The notes: generated by a model not told the origin, from the sequence alone. A DNA stretch of 64,000 nucleotides from Pseudomonadota bacterium (GCA_043825875.1 JBDRRF010000103.1:48150-112149), one strand, 5' to 3'. Shown: positions 18,149 through 28,265, counted from the stretch's first letter. Made by a program: numbers and translations.

Positions 18149-19141
18149 TCATCTGTCTTTCCTTGCGGAACTCCCTTTACGATATCCAATTTTTCTTAAC
18201 CGATACTGGATATCTTCCATCAACTTTCTGTTTACGGAGAGAAGATCGGCCAGAAATGCTACCAGTATAGTCTGAAAACCAATCCCGATCAGTATAGAGG
18301 CCAAAATAAGAGATTGGACATGTGCCGCAATATCAGAACCTGTAATAAAGTGATAGATTAAATAGTATGCGTATCTAAGGCCTATTAACAGACCAATTGA
18401 TAATGATACTAAACCAATGGTCATGAAAAAGCGAAAGGATTGATAAACCACAAATATTCTAATGATAGTGAGAATTGAGCGTTTCAAATATACAGGAATG
18501 CTTTTTATCAGCCTTGAAGGCCGCAAATATTTATTGGTTCTGATAGGTACCGATGCCACGGTCATATTTTTCTGACCTGCTTGAATGATGGTTTCCAATG
18601 TATATGTGTATTCGTTAAAAACATTAAGATGCATCGCGGCATCTCTACTTATGGCTCTAAATCCACTTGGGGCATCAGCGACATTCGTCTTGCTTACCAG
18701 CCTGACCACATAACTTCCAAACTTTTGAAGAATTCTTTTCAGCGCGGAAAAATGCTCAACCTCATTTATAGGTCTAGCACCGATAACTATATCGGCTTCG
18801 CCGTCCAATATTGGTTTTACAAGTTTAGGAATATCTCCAGCATCATATTGATTATCTGCATCTGTATTCACAATGACATCAGCACCGAGCTTTAGACATG
18901 TTTCCAAACCGGCCATGAAAGCGGTTGCTAATCCTTTGTTTCTTGACAGATTAACGATATGATCCGCACCGGAATTTTTAGCTACTACTGCCGTATTATC
19001 TGTGCTACCATCATCAATAATCAGCCACTCAACCGATTCAAACCCTTCTACCTCCCGGGGAAGCTCGCCGAGGGTTAGACCGATAGTTTCAGCCTCATTG
19101 TAACAAGGTATTTGAATAATTAACTTCAATGGCCCCTCCAC
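18149..19141 (-). CDS. GT2 glycosyltransferase, polyprenyl-phosphate sugar synthase type (DPM1/GtrB/ArnC-like)
   Basis: 330-aa ORF. IQIPCYNEAETIG, IIDDGSTDNT and NTDADNQYD (DxD) motifs, plus two C-terminal TM helices as in GtrB-type enzymes. Confidence 0.85.
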   Translation of the reverse strand: MEGPLKLIIQIPCYNEAETIGLTLGELPREVEGFESVEWLIIDDGSTDNTAVVAKNSGADHIVNLSRNKGLATAFMAGLETCLKLGADVIVNTDADNQYDAGDIPKLVKPILDGEADIVIGARPINEVEHFSALKRILQKFGSYVVRLVSKTNVADAPSGFRAISRDAAMHLNVFNEYTYTLETIIQAGQKNMTVASVPIRTNKYLRPSRLIKSIPVYLKRSILTIIRIFVVYQSFRFFMTIGLVSLSIGLLIGLRYAYYLIYHFITGSDIAAHVQSLILASILIGIGFQTILVAFLADLLSVNRKLMEDIQYRLRKIGYRKGSSARKDR

Positions 19142-19161
19142 TTAACAGATAATTGGCACAC

Positions 19162-20769
19162 TTAGCACTTATCCTGAGTTACATCGGTAAACCGATTTCG
19201 AATCAGCTGCACCAGGAACTTAACATCTTTGCTTTTCAAGTCCAATATCTCCGGTTTAAAGTACACTGACACAATAACTATCATCGTATATATGATGCCA
19301 GATAAAATAAAATCATATAATCCTCCATCTGCAAATAAATAATTGGCAACAAGCGCTGACATTGCAGCAAGCCCCGTAAAAAAAAACAGACAACCAATCT
19401 GGTGCACCAGATAATGCAAGTAGCTAAGATGGAGCAATTTGGTGTTAAAGTATAATTGGACATTGACAGCTATGATATTTATTATTACCATTTTTATTGC
19501 CAATCCAGTGGCCCCTGCATTTAAACCAAACTTATCAAAAGGTGCAATCATGAAATAAGTAAGAGGAAGGCTCACCAGAGAAAAGATTACAGTAATGTTC
19601 CTATATAGTTTTGTTCTCCCGGTGGCGTAAAACAGCGAACCTGTCAACTGTCCATATGTCTGGTGAACAGGATATAGCGACATGATAGCAACAGCCATGA
19701 TACTTCCCTGAAAAGCGCTTCCCCCAATAATTCTCACAACATTTTGCGCTTGCACCATTAAAAAGCATGAAAAATAGGCGGCTATGGCATACAATATAGG
19801 GACATAACGTTTAAAAAGCCGCCCCATTTCATTCAGGTTGTTAGTACCATGAAGGATTGAATATTCTCTCATCAACAGTGGTGTCATGGCACCGGTAAAA
19901 AGAAAACAGATGGTTCCTATCTGATATGATAGACTGTAAAAACCCTGCTGTATACTTCCGCCGAAGTATTGCAACAACCATCTGTCAAATATCCCCCCTA
20001 CCAATCCAAATAGGGCAATAATAAAGAGTGGATGGCTATAATTAAAAAATACCTTTAGGTATTTTTTTGCACTATCCCACGATAACCTCAGATTCTTTTT
20101 GGCTAAATGAACATTACTGCCGATTACTCCTATCAAAACAATTATTAGAAAAAGAAGTATAAAATAATTGTAGAAGAAAATTTGGGGCAGATAAATCTGG
20201 TTGTATAAATAAAGTAAAACAATAAACACAAGACCTGAAATCCGCTGAAGCATTCGTACTTTTTCTGCAGGTACGGTTAATCCATAGGCATCAGCCATCG
20301 TCCCCAATATCTGCGCAAACCAACTGAGAAGTCCCCAACCCGCAGCCAGATAAATATAAACCAAATTCTGCCCTATCCAGATTGTTTCATGTATACCCGA
20401 GAAATGAACTAACAGTACAAACCCAATAACGAAAAAAGAAACAAAAGCGATAAAGTACAAATAAAACAAGATTAACGAGTGTTCTTCAGGATTGCGCGAA
20501 ATATTCGTATAGAAACATGTTGATGTTCCCATATCAAGAAAACCGACAACCTGGGTAAAAAAATTAGTAAGAAAATTAAAATCTCCATACGCCTTGGGAC
20601 CCAATCCCCGCGGAATGATCAGCTGGGTGATAACACTGATTATTAGGCCAAGAAAATTGGAGGAGAGTTTAAAAAAATATCTCTTATTAAGTGAATCTTT
20701 ATTTCCGAGGTTCGGATGAATATCGGGATTATCGAAATTTCTGTTTTCGCCTTTACCGATAATTGTCAT
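19162..20769 (-). CDS. Wzx-like polysaccharide flippase (MOP superfamily)
   Basis: 535-aa ORF with ~12-14 hydrophobic helices, located in a glycan locus. Confidence 0.65.
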   Translation of the reverse strand: MTIIGKGENRNFDNPDIHPNLGNKDSLNKRYFFKLSSNFLGLIISVITQLIIPRGLGPKAYGDFNFLTNFFTQVVGFLDMGTSTCFYTNISRNPEEHSLILFYLYFIAFVSFFVIGFVLLVHFSGIHETIWIGQNLVYIYLAAGWGLLSWFAQILGTMADAYGLTVPAEKVRMLQRISGLVFIVLLYLYNQIYLPQIFFYNYFILLFLIIVLIGVIGSNVHLAKKNLRLSWDSAKKYLKVFFNYSHPLFIIALFGLVGGIFDRWLLQYFGGSIQQGFYSLSYQIGTICFLFTGAMTPLLMREYSILHGTNNLNEMGRLFKRYVPILYAIAAYFSCFLMVQAQNVVRIIGGSAFQGSIMAVAIMSLYPVHQTYGQLTGSLFYATGRTKLYRNITVIFSLVSLPLTYFMIAPFDKFGLNAGATGLAIKMVIINIIAVNVQLYFNTKLLHLSYLHYLVHQIGCLFFFTGLAAMSALVANYLFADGGLYDFILSGIIYTMIVIVSVYFKPEILDLKSKDVKFLVQLIRNRFTDVTQDKC

Positions 20770-21968
20770 TAAACCTTTTTTATTCTGTTGGCTAATATTT
20801 GCCAGGAATATAAATCTTCAGTGCCTTCTTTTTTAATGTAGTGGTTTTTATAGGCACAATATTTGTTTTCGTCCACATATAATTCGTTTTGCAGATCAAA
20901 CTTGATGGGATAATCCAGATTATGCACCTTTTTACCAAAGAATTCAGCCATCCACTCTGGCGTTGGATCTTCTACCCAGTATTCGCTATATTTATCCGTT
21001 GTCACAATAATCACGGGTTTTTTATACAGAATGGCAAAATTGATAGCCGTACTCGTATGCATGATTACAAAACCGGATGTTCTCACCAACTCCGATGTCT
21101 TGCCACGTATCACAGGCCTACCGCCAAAATAGTCGGGAAGATCTTCATAGCGAGAACGGGGATGCGCGGCAATGGTTATTTTGAACCCGTTCTTACTTTC
21201 AAGATAATCGAAGAATTTGCAAAGCTTCGGATAATATTCATCCGGACTTACCGGTGAACTGTGCCCGGTGTAAGCATAATCGGGATGAAAAGGCTTAAAT
21301 TCGTCAATAAAAATCCCTCTCTTTGCATCAACTGGTTCCGGCATATCTGCTTCCTTTAAATAAATATCATAATCGAGATAATGCGCCCATACAATCTCTG
21401 ACTGAGCCGTTACAACCAACCCCGATGTCCCATTATATTTGTCACCCCCGATGACCAACAAAAAATCGGCAGGCTTTACATTTAACAAACCATAAGGAAG
21501 AGAATATAATATTTTAGTCAGTACACCATTCCAGGTCACTAGTTTAAACTTCAAAGAGAACCTCTTGGAAAGCTTTAAGCCCGAACGATCAACTGTCGGC
21601 AGTGCCATTGTAACAACACAGCGTTTAATTTTTTTTTTCAAAATCATTCTAAAAATGCGAAGCGTCTTTGGAGTATATCGAATTAACGATATGATAAAGC
21701 AGGTATAGTCCAATCCCTTAATTGCGGTGATCGCTTCTTTTTTGGTGTGGAATAAGCGCCAGTTGTCACAATTAAAGGCCGGTGGCTTAACTAAAATTTT
21801 AAATTCATCTGTAGCAATGAAAGGGGTAAAGTCCCATATTTCAACATCAAACCCATTATCTTCAAATATATTAATGCCGAATCGTTTATAATCCCGCATA
21901 TTAAAATAAGATTCAATAAAAAAGATTATTCTCTTAATGCCTGAAGATTTACTAGTCAACAACGCCAT
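20769..21968 (-). CDS. Uncharacterised soluble protein, possible GT-B-like / HP-motif glycosyl (nonulosonate) transferase
   Basis: 399-aa ORF with no TM segment. IAAHPRSRYED followed by MHTSTAINFAILYKKPVI resembles the HP and S/T motifs of bacterial sialyltransferase/capsule transferase families. The similarity is weak and from memory. Confidence 0.35.
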   Translation of the reverse strand: MALLTSKSSGIKRIIFFIESYFNMRDYKRFGINIFEDNGFDVEIWDFTPFIATDEFKILVKPPAFNCDNWRLFHTKKEAITAIKGLDYTCFIISLIRYTPKTLRIFRMILKKKIKRCVVTMALPTVDRSGLKLSKRFSLKFKLVTWNGVLTKILYSLPYGLLNVKPADFLLVIGGDKYNGTSGLVVTAQSEIVWAHYLDYDIYLKEADMPEPVDAKRGIFIDEFKPFHPDYAYTGHSSPVSPDEYYPKLCKFFDYLESKNGFKITIAAHPRSRYEDLPDYFGGRPVIRGKTSELVRTSGFVIMHTSTAINFAILYKKPVIIVTTDKYSEYWVEDPTPEWMAEFFGKKVHNLDYPIKFDLQNELYVDENKYCAYKNHYIKKEGTEDLYSWQILANRIKKV

Positions 21969-22160
21969 CCTTGTTTATGGTATGTCTGTTTTTCCACTGA
22001 CCATCGACTTTTGCCAGGGAATAGGGAAAATTATTCTGATCACAGAGGATAAGCAAAAGTCTCATTTTAATTCCTAATAAAATCTATCCAGGGTCACTAT
22101 CAAAGATGATTTCAAAATAAGATAAAGCATCTATCTGAATGACCTTTTGCATGGATAAAA

Positions 22161-23549
22161 CTAACTATGCCGGAAACCCCGAAATGAAGCATCATTCTCC
22201 AAATAGAGTTTACGGGAAGCATCTTCGGTTTTCTTTATTTGCTCCGAGTAATAATTATTAATTAATATAGAATTGGCTTCATATAAATTTTTATGAAACT
22301 CCGTATCGCTCAAGTTTGTAAAGTTGACTGATAGCAAATCGGAGTTCAAGTGTTTGTTTTCATAAAAATCTTCGCAATTTCTTAATAATCCAGTTTTAAT
22401 AGCATGATAGTATAACGGGCACCCAGGATATGGAGTTACTGGCCGAATAGTTCTTAGCTGTGAATGATCACTATATTTTAGTAAAAAATCCACTCCAAGC
22501 TTTAAAGTTTTTTCATCATCGCCTATGTGACCAAAAATAATATTTAATCCGGGACTAATACCTGTGGCAATCGTATTTTCTATTCCAACTGTTATTTGCC
22601 GTGTAGTCAGATTTTTTTTCATTTTTCTCAACACATCCTGGTCCATTGACTCAATCCCGTAATTAATAAAAACGCATCCTGCAGCTTTCATTACTTTTAA
22701 TACTTCGGGAACAGCATAGTTGAGTCTTCCATTGCAGTCCCAATTAATATCCAGATTTGCTTTTATAAAAGCTTCACAAAGTTCAACCGTTCTTTTTTTT
22801 GAACTCATAAGCAATTCATCAGAAAATGCAATATAAGATATTGCATTTTCTTTCTTTAGGATTTGAATTTCCTCAATTATGCTTTCCGCCGAACGAGGTC
22901 TGAATCCCTTATCCATTCTGTAACAGAAATTGCAGTGGAATGTACAACCTCTTCCAGATAATACCGGTATACATCGTTGACTATTTTTAATATTCGGCAT
23001 CCGGAGCAAAGCATAATGATCCATCGGGAATAAATCCCAAGCAGGAAAAGGTATCCCGTTAATATCATCAATCAAAGCTCTGCGGTCAGTTTGAACAAAT
23101 TTGCCGTCATCCAAATAAGCAATGCCGTTTATCGAAGCTAATGATTTTTTACCATCTAATTGTTTTAAGAGTTCTAAAATTGTAACTTCACCTTCACCTA
23201 TAACGACTGCATCGGCTTTTGTTTTTTTTAAAAAATATTCCGGCTCAGGAGCAACCAGATGACCTCCTAAAACATAAAAAGGACGATTCTTCGCAAGATT
23301 TATTGCATCGGATATTTTCAATATTTTTCTATATTGGTAATAGCCGCCACAGGCACTCACGCCAATCACATCAAATTTATTTTGATTAATGTAAGCAAGA
23401 AGATGCGATTCCGGCCAATGGTATACATCCTGATTGTAAATTGTAACATTATGCCCTGCCTTTCTGCATACAGAAGCGAGATAGGCAATACCTTGAGGAA
23501 ACCACGAGATAAAAGAATCGTTATCGTAAACAACAAAAAGAATTTTCAT
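22161..23549 (-). CDS. B12-binding-domain radical SAM enzyme (class B)
   Basis: 462-aa ORF with N-terminal B12-binding-like domain (KILFVVYDND...VIGVSACGG...LGGHL) and cluster motif GRGCTFHCNFCY. Confidence 0.85.
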   Translation of the reverse strand: MKILFVVYDNDSFISWFPQGIAYLASVCRKAGHNVTIYNQDVYHWPESHLLAYINQNKFDVIGVSACGGYYQYRKILKISDAINLAKNRPFYVLGGHLVAPEPEYFLKKTKADAVVIGEGEVTILELLKQLDGKKSLASINGIAYLDDGKFVQTDRRALIDDINGIPFPAWDLFPMDHYALLRMPNIKNSQRCIPVLSGRGCTFHCNFCYRMDKGFRPRSAESIIEEIQILKKENAISYIAFSDELLMSSKKRTVELCEAFIKANLDINWDCNGRLNYAVPEVLKVMKAAGCVFINYGIESMDQDVLRKMKKNLTTRQITVGIENTIATGISPGLNIIFGHIGDDEKTLKLGVDFLLKYSDHSQLRTIRPVTPYPGCPLYYHAIKTGLLRNCEDFYENKHLNSDLLSVNFTNLSDTEFHKNLYEANSILINNYYSEQIKKTEDASRKLYLENDASFRGFRHS

Positions 23550-23701
23550 AGATCACTCATCGATTAATAATTTTTTGATAGGCAGCTTATTGCTATTTCA
23601 AAGCGATATCGGCTACCGTTTATAATGTTTGTTGTTTTCTGCTCAAGCTTTTCTGTTTATTAGGATAGTAAATCTGTATTGACATCTAATATGGAAATGA
23701 A

Positions 23702-24928
23702 TCATAGTTGCTCTTCGCGCCACACAACATGACGCAATTTCCATTCTCCGTTTTCTTCTTTCCATAGATGAGGCGACCGAAACTGATCACAGAGTTCCAT
23801 AAAGTGATCCGGTTTCATCTCAATATATTCCATGACTTCTTGAAAATACTTTTCGGGAAATTCACCATCAAACCGCTTTACTAAAGAAACTCCTTCTTCA
23901 CGGGTCAGGTGCCTGTTTCTGATTTCCTGTGATGCGTCATAGGATGATCGACCCAGCCCAAATTTAATAAATGCCGTATAGTAATGAAGATCATCAATCT
24001 TATCATCGATACTGTTGTATTTACTATATGTCCCTTGAGTCCTAAACGGTCTGGCTTCAAACCCCGTGTTTTCCACCGCATAATAATAAACTTCCTGAGG
24101 AGTCCATTTTAAGTAGTAACCAAGATAATGTACCTCAATATTGGATTTTTCTACTTCTTCGTATGGTGCCGGCAAGTAAGCCATCAAGTCAACCAAATCA
24201 ACTCCATACTTTTCTATTAATTCTTTTATAGTAACACCACCAAGATATATGCCATCTATTTTTTTCATGCTATAATATGATTTATCACGAAGCGAAGTCG
24301 TGTTGTCTGCAATCGGATTCCCATACTCTGCTTCATTTTCACCATAGAAAATCAGCGGAATCTTATATTTTAATGCGATTTTTGGCCCAAAATTTTTCTG
24401 CCCCAATATGAAAGTCTGAAATGGATGTAAAAGATTTTCAATAGACAATCTGGTTAACAGTTTCATAACCCGACCGTTTTGATTAAAACTAATATTATCA
24501 AACCCACCAATTTCCAACCATCTTCTGAAATTTTTATATCCGTAATCTGTATAAATAATTGGCGCCCAGGTTATAGTTAATGGATGCATACCATATTTAT
24601 ATTTTAAAATGTGTGATTGAAAAGCGCTATCCTTGCCACCGCTTCCGGGGACAATGCAATCATAGTAACCGTCGTTGCTACGGTGTTTATCTAATAATCG
24701 CAGAAGTTCTTCTTCTCTTTTTTTCCAATCAATCTTTTCTTTTTCCTCGGCATGCTTGCAGGCATCGCAAATACCATCTTCCCCTATATTTAAAGTTGCT
24801 TTTTTACTATCAATAGTATGTTTAAATTCAACTGCCGAACCTGGTCTTTGATTGGACATCACGCAACGTTTACAAAAAACAACTTTATCAGGAAGTCCAT
24901 ATTTCGTTTCTAATATTTTTCCTGTCAT
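23702..24928 (-). CDS. N-acetyl sugar amidotransferase (WbpG/PseA-like PP-loop ATP pyrophosphatase)
   Basis: 408-aa ORF. N-terminal CKRCVMSNQRP...CDACKH zinc-ribbon and PP-loop VPGSGGKDSA. Followed by HisH/HisF paralogues as in wbpG-hisH2-hisF2 clusters. Confidence 0.85.
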   Translation of the reverse strand: MTGKILETKYGLPDKVVFCKRCVMSNQRPGSAVEFKHTIDSKKATLNIGEDGICDACKHAEEKEKIDWKKREEELLRLLDKHRSNDGYYDCIVPGSGGKDSAFQSHILKYKYGMHPLTITWAPIIYTDYGYKNFRRWLEIGGFDNISFNQNGRVMKLLTRLSIENLLHPFQTFILGQKNFGPKIALKYKIPLIFYGENEAEYGNPIADNTTSLRDKSYYSMKKIDGIYLGGVTIKELIEKYGVDLVDLMAYLPAPYEEVEKSNIEVHYLGYYLKWTPQEVYYYAVENTGFEARPFRTQGTYSKYNSIDDKIDDLHYYTAFIKFGLGRSSYDASQEIRNRHLTREEGVSLVKRFDGEFPEKYFQEVMEYIEMKPDHFMELCDQFRSPHLWKEENGEWKLRHVVWREEQL

Positions 24929-25609
24929 CTAATTCTCCACAAAATTATTAATTTGATTCGCCCAATATCGATATATTTTTATGCCTTCTTCAGCACTTTT
25001 TTCGGGATGAAACTGTACAGCAAATATATTTCCTTTAATTACAGATGAACAATATCGAATTCCCCCATAATCAGTTGTTGAAAGAATATTGTCGGATATG
25101 GAAGGATTTGCATAATAAGAATGCACAAAATACATGAACTCTCCATTAGCAATTTTTTCTAATGGAGTACCTGACCACTTATATACATCTGATAAAGGAT
25201 AAAATATTCGATTCCATCCAATTTGCGGAATTTTCATTCTTTCCCCATTTCTATTTGCTTCCGGAAATTTTACAACTTCTCCTTCAATAAGATTCAGCCC
25301 TTTATGTTCTCCAAATTCGTTACTACCAGAAAAAAGAATTTGCATTCCAAGGCAGACACCAAGAAATGGCCGGCCTGTTGCCGTAAAGTCCAATATTGGC
25401 TGAACTAAATCCAATCTATGCAGGTTTTTCATGGCGGCACCAAAAGCACCGACCCCTGGCAAAATTAAAGCATCGGCATTTATAATATCGGCTGCTTTGT
25501 TTACTATCGCTGGTTTTAATCCAACGGTTTTGCAAGCATGCTCAACACTGAACAAATTACCTGCTTCGTAATCTACTATAACAACTCTTGGCATTTCTTT
25601 TTCAGGCAA
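24929..25609 (-). CDS. hisH: HisH-like glutamine amidotransferase subunit
   Basis: 226-aa ORF with LILPGVGAFG, GVCLGMQIL (catalytic Cys) and VQFHPEKS. Confidence 0.9.
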   Translation of the reverse strand: MPEKEMPRVVIVDYEAGNLFSVEHACKTVGLKPAIVNKAADIINADALILPGVGAFGAAMKNLHRLDLVQPILDFTATGRPFLGVCLGMQILFSGSNEFGEHKGLNLIEGEVVKFPEANRNGERMKIPQIGWNRIFYPLSDVYKWSGTPLEKIANGEFMYFVHSYYANPSISDNILSTTDYGGIRYCSSVIKGNIFAVQFHPEKSAEEGIKIYRYWANQINNFVEN

Positions 25610-26477
25610 TATCCTGACCTTTCTTCAAATTATACCGGCAGGGAATACTTTTACTGTACAAATATTCTTTAATTTCCGGTATAGTCTTCATGTCAATTTT
25701 GGAAAAACCTCGTCTGCTTTTCAAAAACTCAACATTACCTTCTTTTTTATAGTCATCGATCATCTCTGTATTATCAATGACCTGATAATGAAGCATGGAT
25801 GCAATGGCAACGGCATCTGCCTTCCCTTTTTCAAGAACCATACTAATATCTTCCAATCGTCCGCCTCCACCATGAGCAATAACAGGAATAGAAACAGCTT
25901 CAGCAACCATCTTCGTTAATCCTATATCATATCCTTGTCCCGTACCTTCCTGATTGACAGAAGTAATTACAATTTCACCAGCTCCTAGCTCCTCTACTTG
26001 TCTTGCCCAACTCAATACCTCAATACCGGTAAATTCTCTTCCATTATCGGTATAGGCAAAATAACGCCCATTTTGTTGCTTTATAGCTTCAATCGTTACA
26101 ACTATAGTGGAAGATCCAAATTCTCTGGATGCTTCTTTTATGATCCCAGGCCTTTTGATTGCTGCCGTATTTAACGAAACCTTATCAGCGCCCGCCCTAA
26201 GTATTTCACGGATATCAGCGATTGTCCGAATCCCCCCAGCTACACTAAGGGGAATAAAAATTTCTCTTGCCGTTTTCGAGATAATATCCTGTAAGCTATT
26301 GCGATTATAAAGACTGGCAACAATATCCACAAACTGCATTTCATCCGCGCCATTCTCATAATAATACCGGGCAAATTTTTCAGGCTTACCAAGCACTCTC
26401 AAACCCTCCAGGTGGATACCTTTAACCAGATTCGGTCCTTTTATATCAAGACGTGCAATAATTCGCTTGTTTAGCAT
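25602..26477 (-). CDS. hisF: HisF-like cyclase subunit (glycan-locus paralogue) with C-terminal extension
   Basis: 291-aa ORF with RIIARLDIKG, LSVAGGIR and IAHGGGG. It is ~35 aa longer than canonical HisF. Confidence 0.9.
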   Translation of the reverse strand: MLNKRIIARLDIKGPNLVKGIHLEGLRVLGKPEKFARYYYENGADEMQFVDIVASLYNRNSLQDIISKTAREIFIPLSVAGGIRTIADIREILRAGADKVSLNTAAIKRPGIIKEASREFGSSTIVVTIEAIKQQNGRYFAYTDNGREFTGIEVLSWARQVEELGAGEIVITSVNQEGTGQGYDIGLTKMVAEAVSIPVIAHGGGGRLEDISMVLEKGKADAVAIASMLHYQVIDNTEMIDDYKKEGNVEFLKSRRGFSKIDMKTIPEIKEYLYSKSIPCRYNLKKGQDIA

Positions 26478-26577
26478 ACTCAGCTTTCTTATATAAAATT
26501 ATCTGCGATATTTTAATCCGATTTTTACCTTGTCCTGAATTGCACCTATAGAGGAGCAAACCTGACAGCTTTTATAA

Positions 26578-27282
26578 TCAACCAGAATCATTAGCCATCA
26601 TCATTTCGGCAATTTTGAAATCTATGTTATCATCAATATCAATTGAACGTGATTTGGGCATTATATATATATGGCTATTTTCCAAAATTATTTTTCCCTC
26701 TTTTTTTAAAAGCTCTTTCCACCAAACATATATAGATGCGTTTATATCATAAACTTTTGGCGCACTTTGCCTTGATGAAAAAGTCCCCTTTTTAGAGAGG
26801 TGTACTTTTCCATTCGGACTGATTTCTACCATGTTGAAATAGGGATTCCTATGGGCTTCGGTTACAGAAAAAACATTATCTGCTTTTGTTCCTAGCAGCA
26901 TTTCAATACTTGAATCAATGTCTTTTACCGCACGGAGAGGTGTTGTCGTATGGAGAAGAACAAGGATGTCAAAATTATATTTTTCTTCCTCTTCCAGCCA
27001 ATTGATCGCATGTAAAAGGACATCGACAGTTGCAGCTTCATCACCTGCCAGAGACTCCGGTCTTAGAAATGGAACTTCCGCACCATACTGTTTTGAGATA
27101 TCAGCTATTTCCTTATCTTCTGTGGAGACAATGGTTCTATCGATGTATCGAGATTGTAAAGCATGTTCGATTGTGTAGGCAATTAGGGGCTTATCAGCCA
27201 GTTTTTTTATATTTTTTCGCGGCACACCTTTTGAGCCCCCACGGGCTGGGATAACGCAGACGACCCTATGCTTGCTTATCAT
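26578..27282 (-). CDS. Acylneuraminate-type cytidylyltransferase (CMP-nonulosonic acid synthetase, NeuA/LegF family)
   Basis: 234-aa ORF with the N-terminal motif VCVIPARGGSKGVPRKN. Confidence 0.85.
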   Translation of the reverse strand: MISKHRVVCVIPARGGSKGVPRKNIKKLADKPLIAYTIEHALQSRYIDRTIVSTEDKEIADISKQYGAEVPFLRPESLAGDEAATVDVLLHAINWLEEEEKYNFDILVLLHTTTPLRAVKDIDSSIEMLLGTKADNVFSVTEAHRNPYFNMVEISPNGKVHLSKKGTFSSRQSAPKVYDINASIYVWWKELLKKEGKIILENSHIYIMPKSRSIDIDDNIDFKIAEMMMANDSG

Positions 27283-28243
27283 GACTGTCTTCCAATAGTT
27301 CTAAGACTTTAATTCCATCATCTATGGATATTGCCGTCGTCATGTTTGATTTGAGTGTTTCAATAAAATGCTGCAATTCAACTTTATAGGTATCTTCCAT
27401 CTTGAACATATTTTCTTCTGTTAATCGGATTTCACGATCAGGAATGTGAATATCTATCAATTTCTCAATGAAATCACAAAGAATCTCTCCTTTACTGCCA
27501 ACAATTCTTATTTTTCGCTTTGCTTTACTTTGTAGGTAATCCATGTGAACGTGGCACACAAATCCATGTTCGTATTGGTAAATACCTTCAAAAATGTCTT
27601 CTGAATTTATGTCCAACTCGCTTGCTTTTGATTTTAAGGTTTTCCAAAGGAAAGGTTCCCCAAAGAGAAACCGCATATAATCGACTTCGTGCGAGAGATC
27701 AAGGGCAACACCACCACCAAATTCGGCATTTGCACTATAGGAATTTGTGTAGTTAACATTGGATCTCCAATAAGGCAGATATTGCCCTACTTCGATTTGG
27801 ACAAAATATAAATTACCAAGGACTTTTTGTGTTATTTGGTCTTTGAGATATTGAATAGCCGGAAGAAATCGTAAATTATAGGCAACAAATACCTTAGTCT
27901 GATTTTTCTGCACAATCTCTTTTAAGAAATCAACTTTTTCAAGATTAAGTGAGAGAGGTTTTTCAATAAATAAAGGGATCTTTCTTTTCGCAAGGATAAT
28001 GGCGGCATCAATATGTTTATAAGTTTCATTGGCTATAATCGCAAAATCAACTTTGTTTCGGTCAATGACAGTACCTAAATCCATGATTGAAGCATCGATA
28101 AAAGAAATTTTCTTTTCACATGTATTCTCAAAGCCACCCTTGATTTTTGTATAAACAATGATTTCTTCAATAGTATCTATGTTTGACAGATTGAGGATAT
28201 GCCTTCTTCCTATCGAACCATATCCGACAACTAAGACTTTCAT
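27266..28243 (-). CDS. Gfo/Idh/MocA oxidoreductase (PtmF-like)
   Basis: ORF track starts at 28291. The probable start is at 28243 (MKVLVVGYGSIGRRH), downstream of the SDR stop. The IEKP motif is present. Confidence 0.8.
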   Translation of the reverse strand: MKVLVVGYGSIGRRHILNLSNIDTIEEIIVYTKIKGGFENTCEKKISFIDASIMDLGTVIDRNKVDFAIIANETYKHIDAAIILAKRKIPLFIEKPLSLNLEKVDFLKEIVQKNQTKVFVAYNLRFLPAIQYLKDQITQKVLGNLYFVQIEVGQYLPYWRSNVNYTNSYSANAEFGGGVALDLSHEVDYMRFLFGEPFLWKTLKSKASELDINSEDIFEGIYQYEHGFVCHVHMDYLQSKAKRKIRIVGSKGEILCDFIEKLIDIHIPDREIRLTEENMFKMEDTYKVELQHFIETLKSNMTTAISIDDGIKVLELLEDSHDKQA

Positions 28244-28265
28244 CTTGGTAATGCCATCCTTGTAA

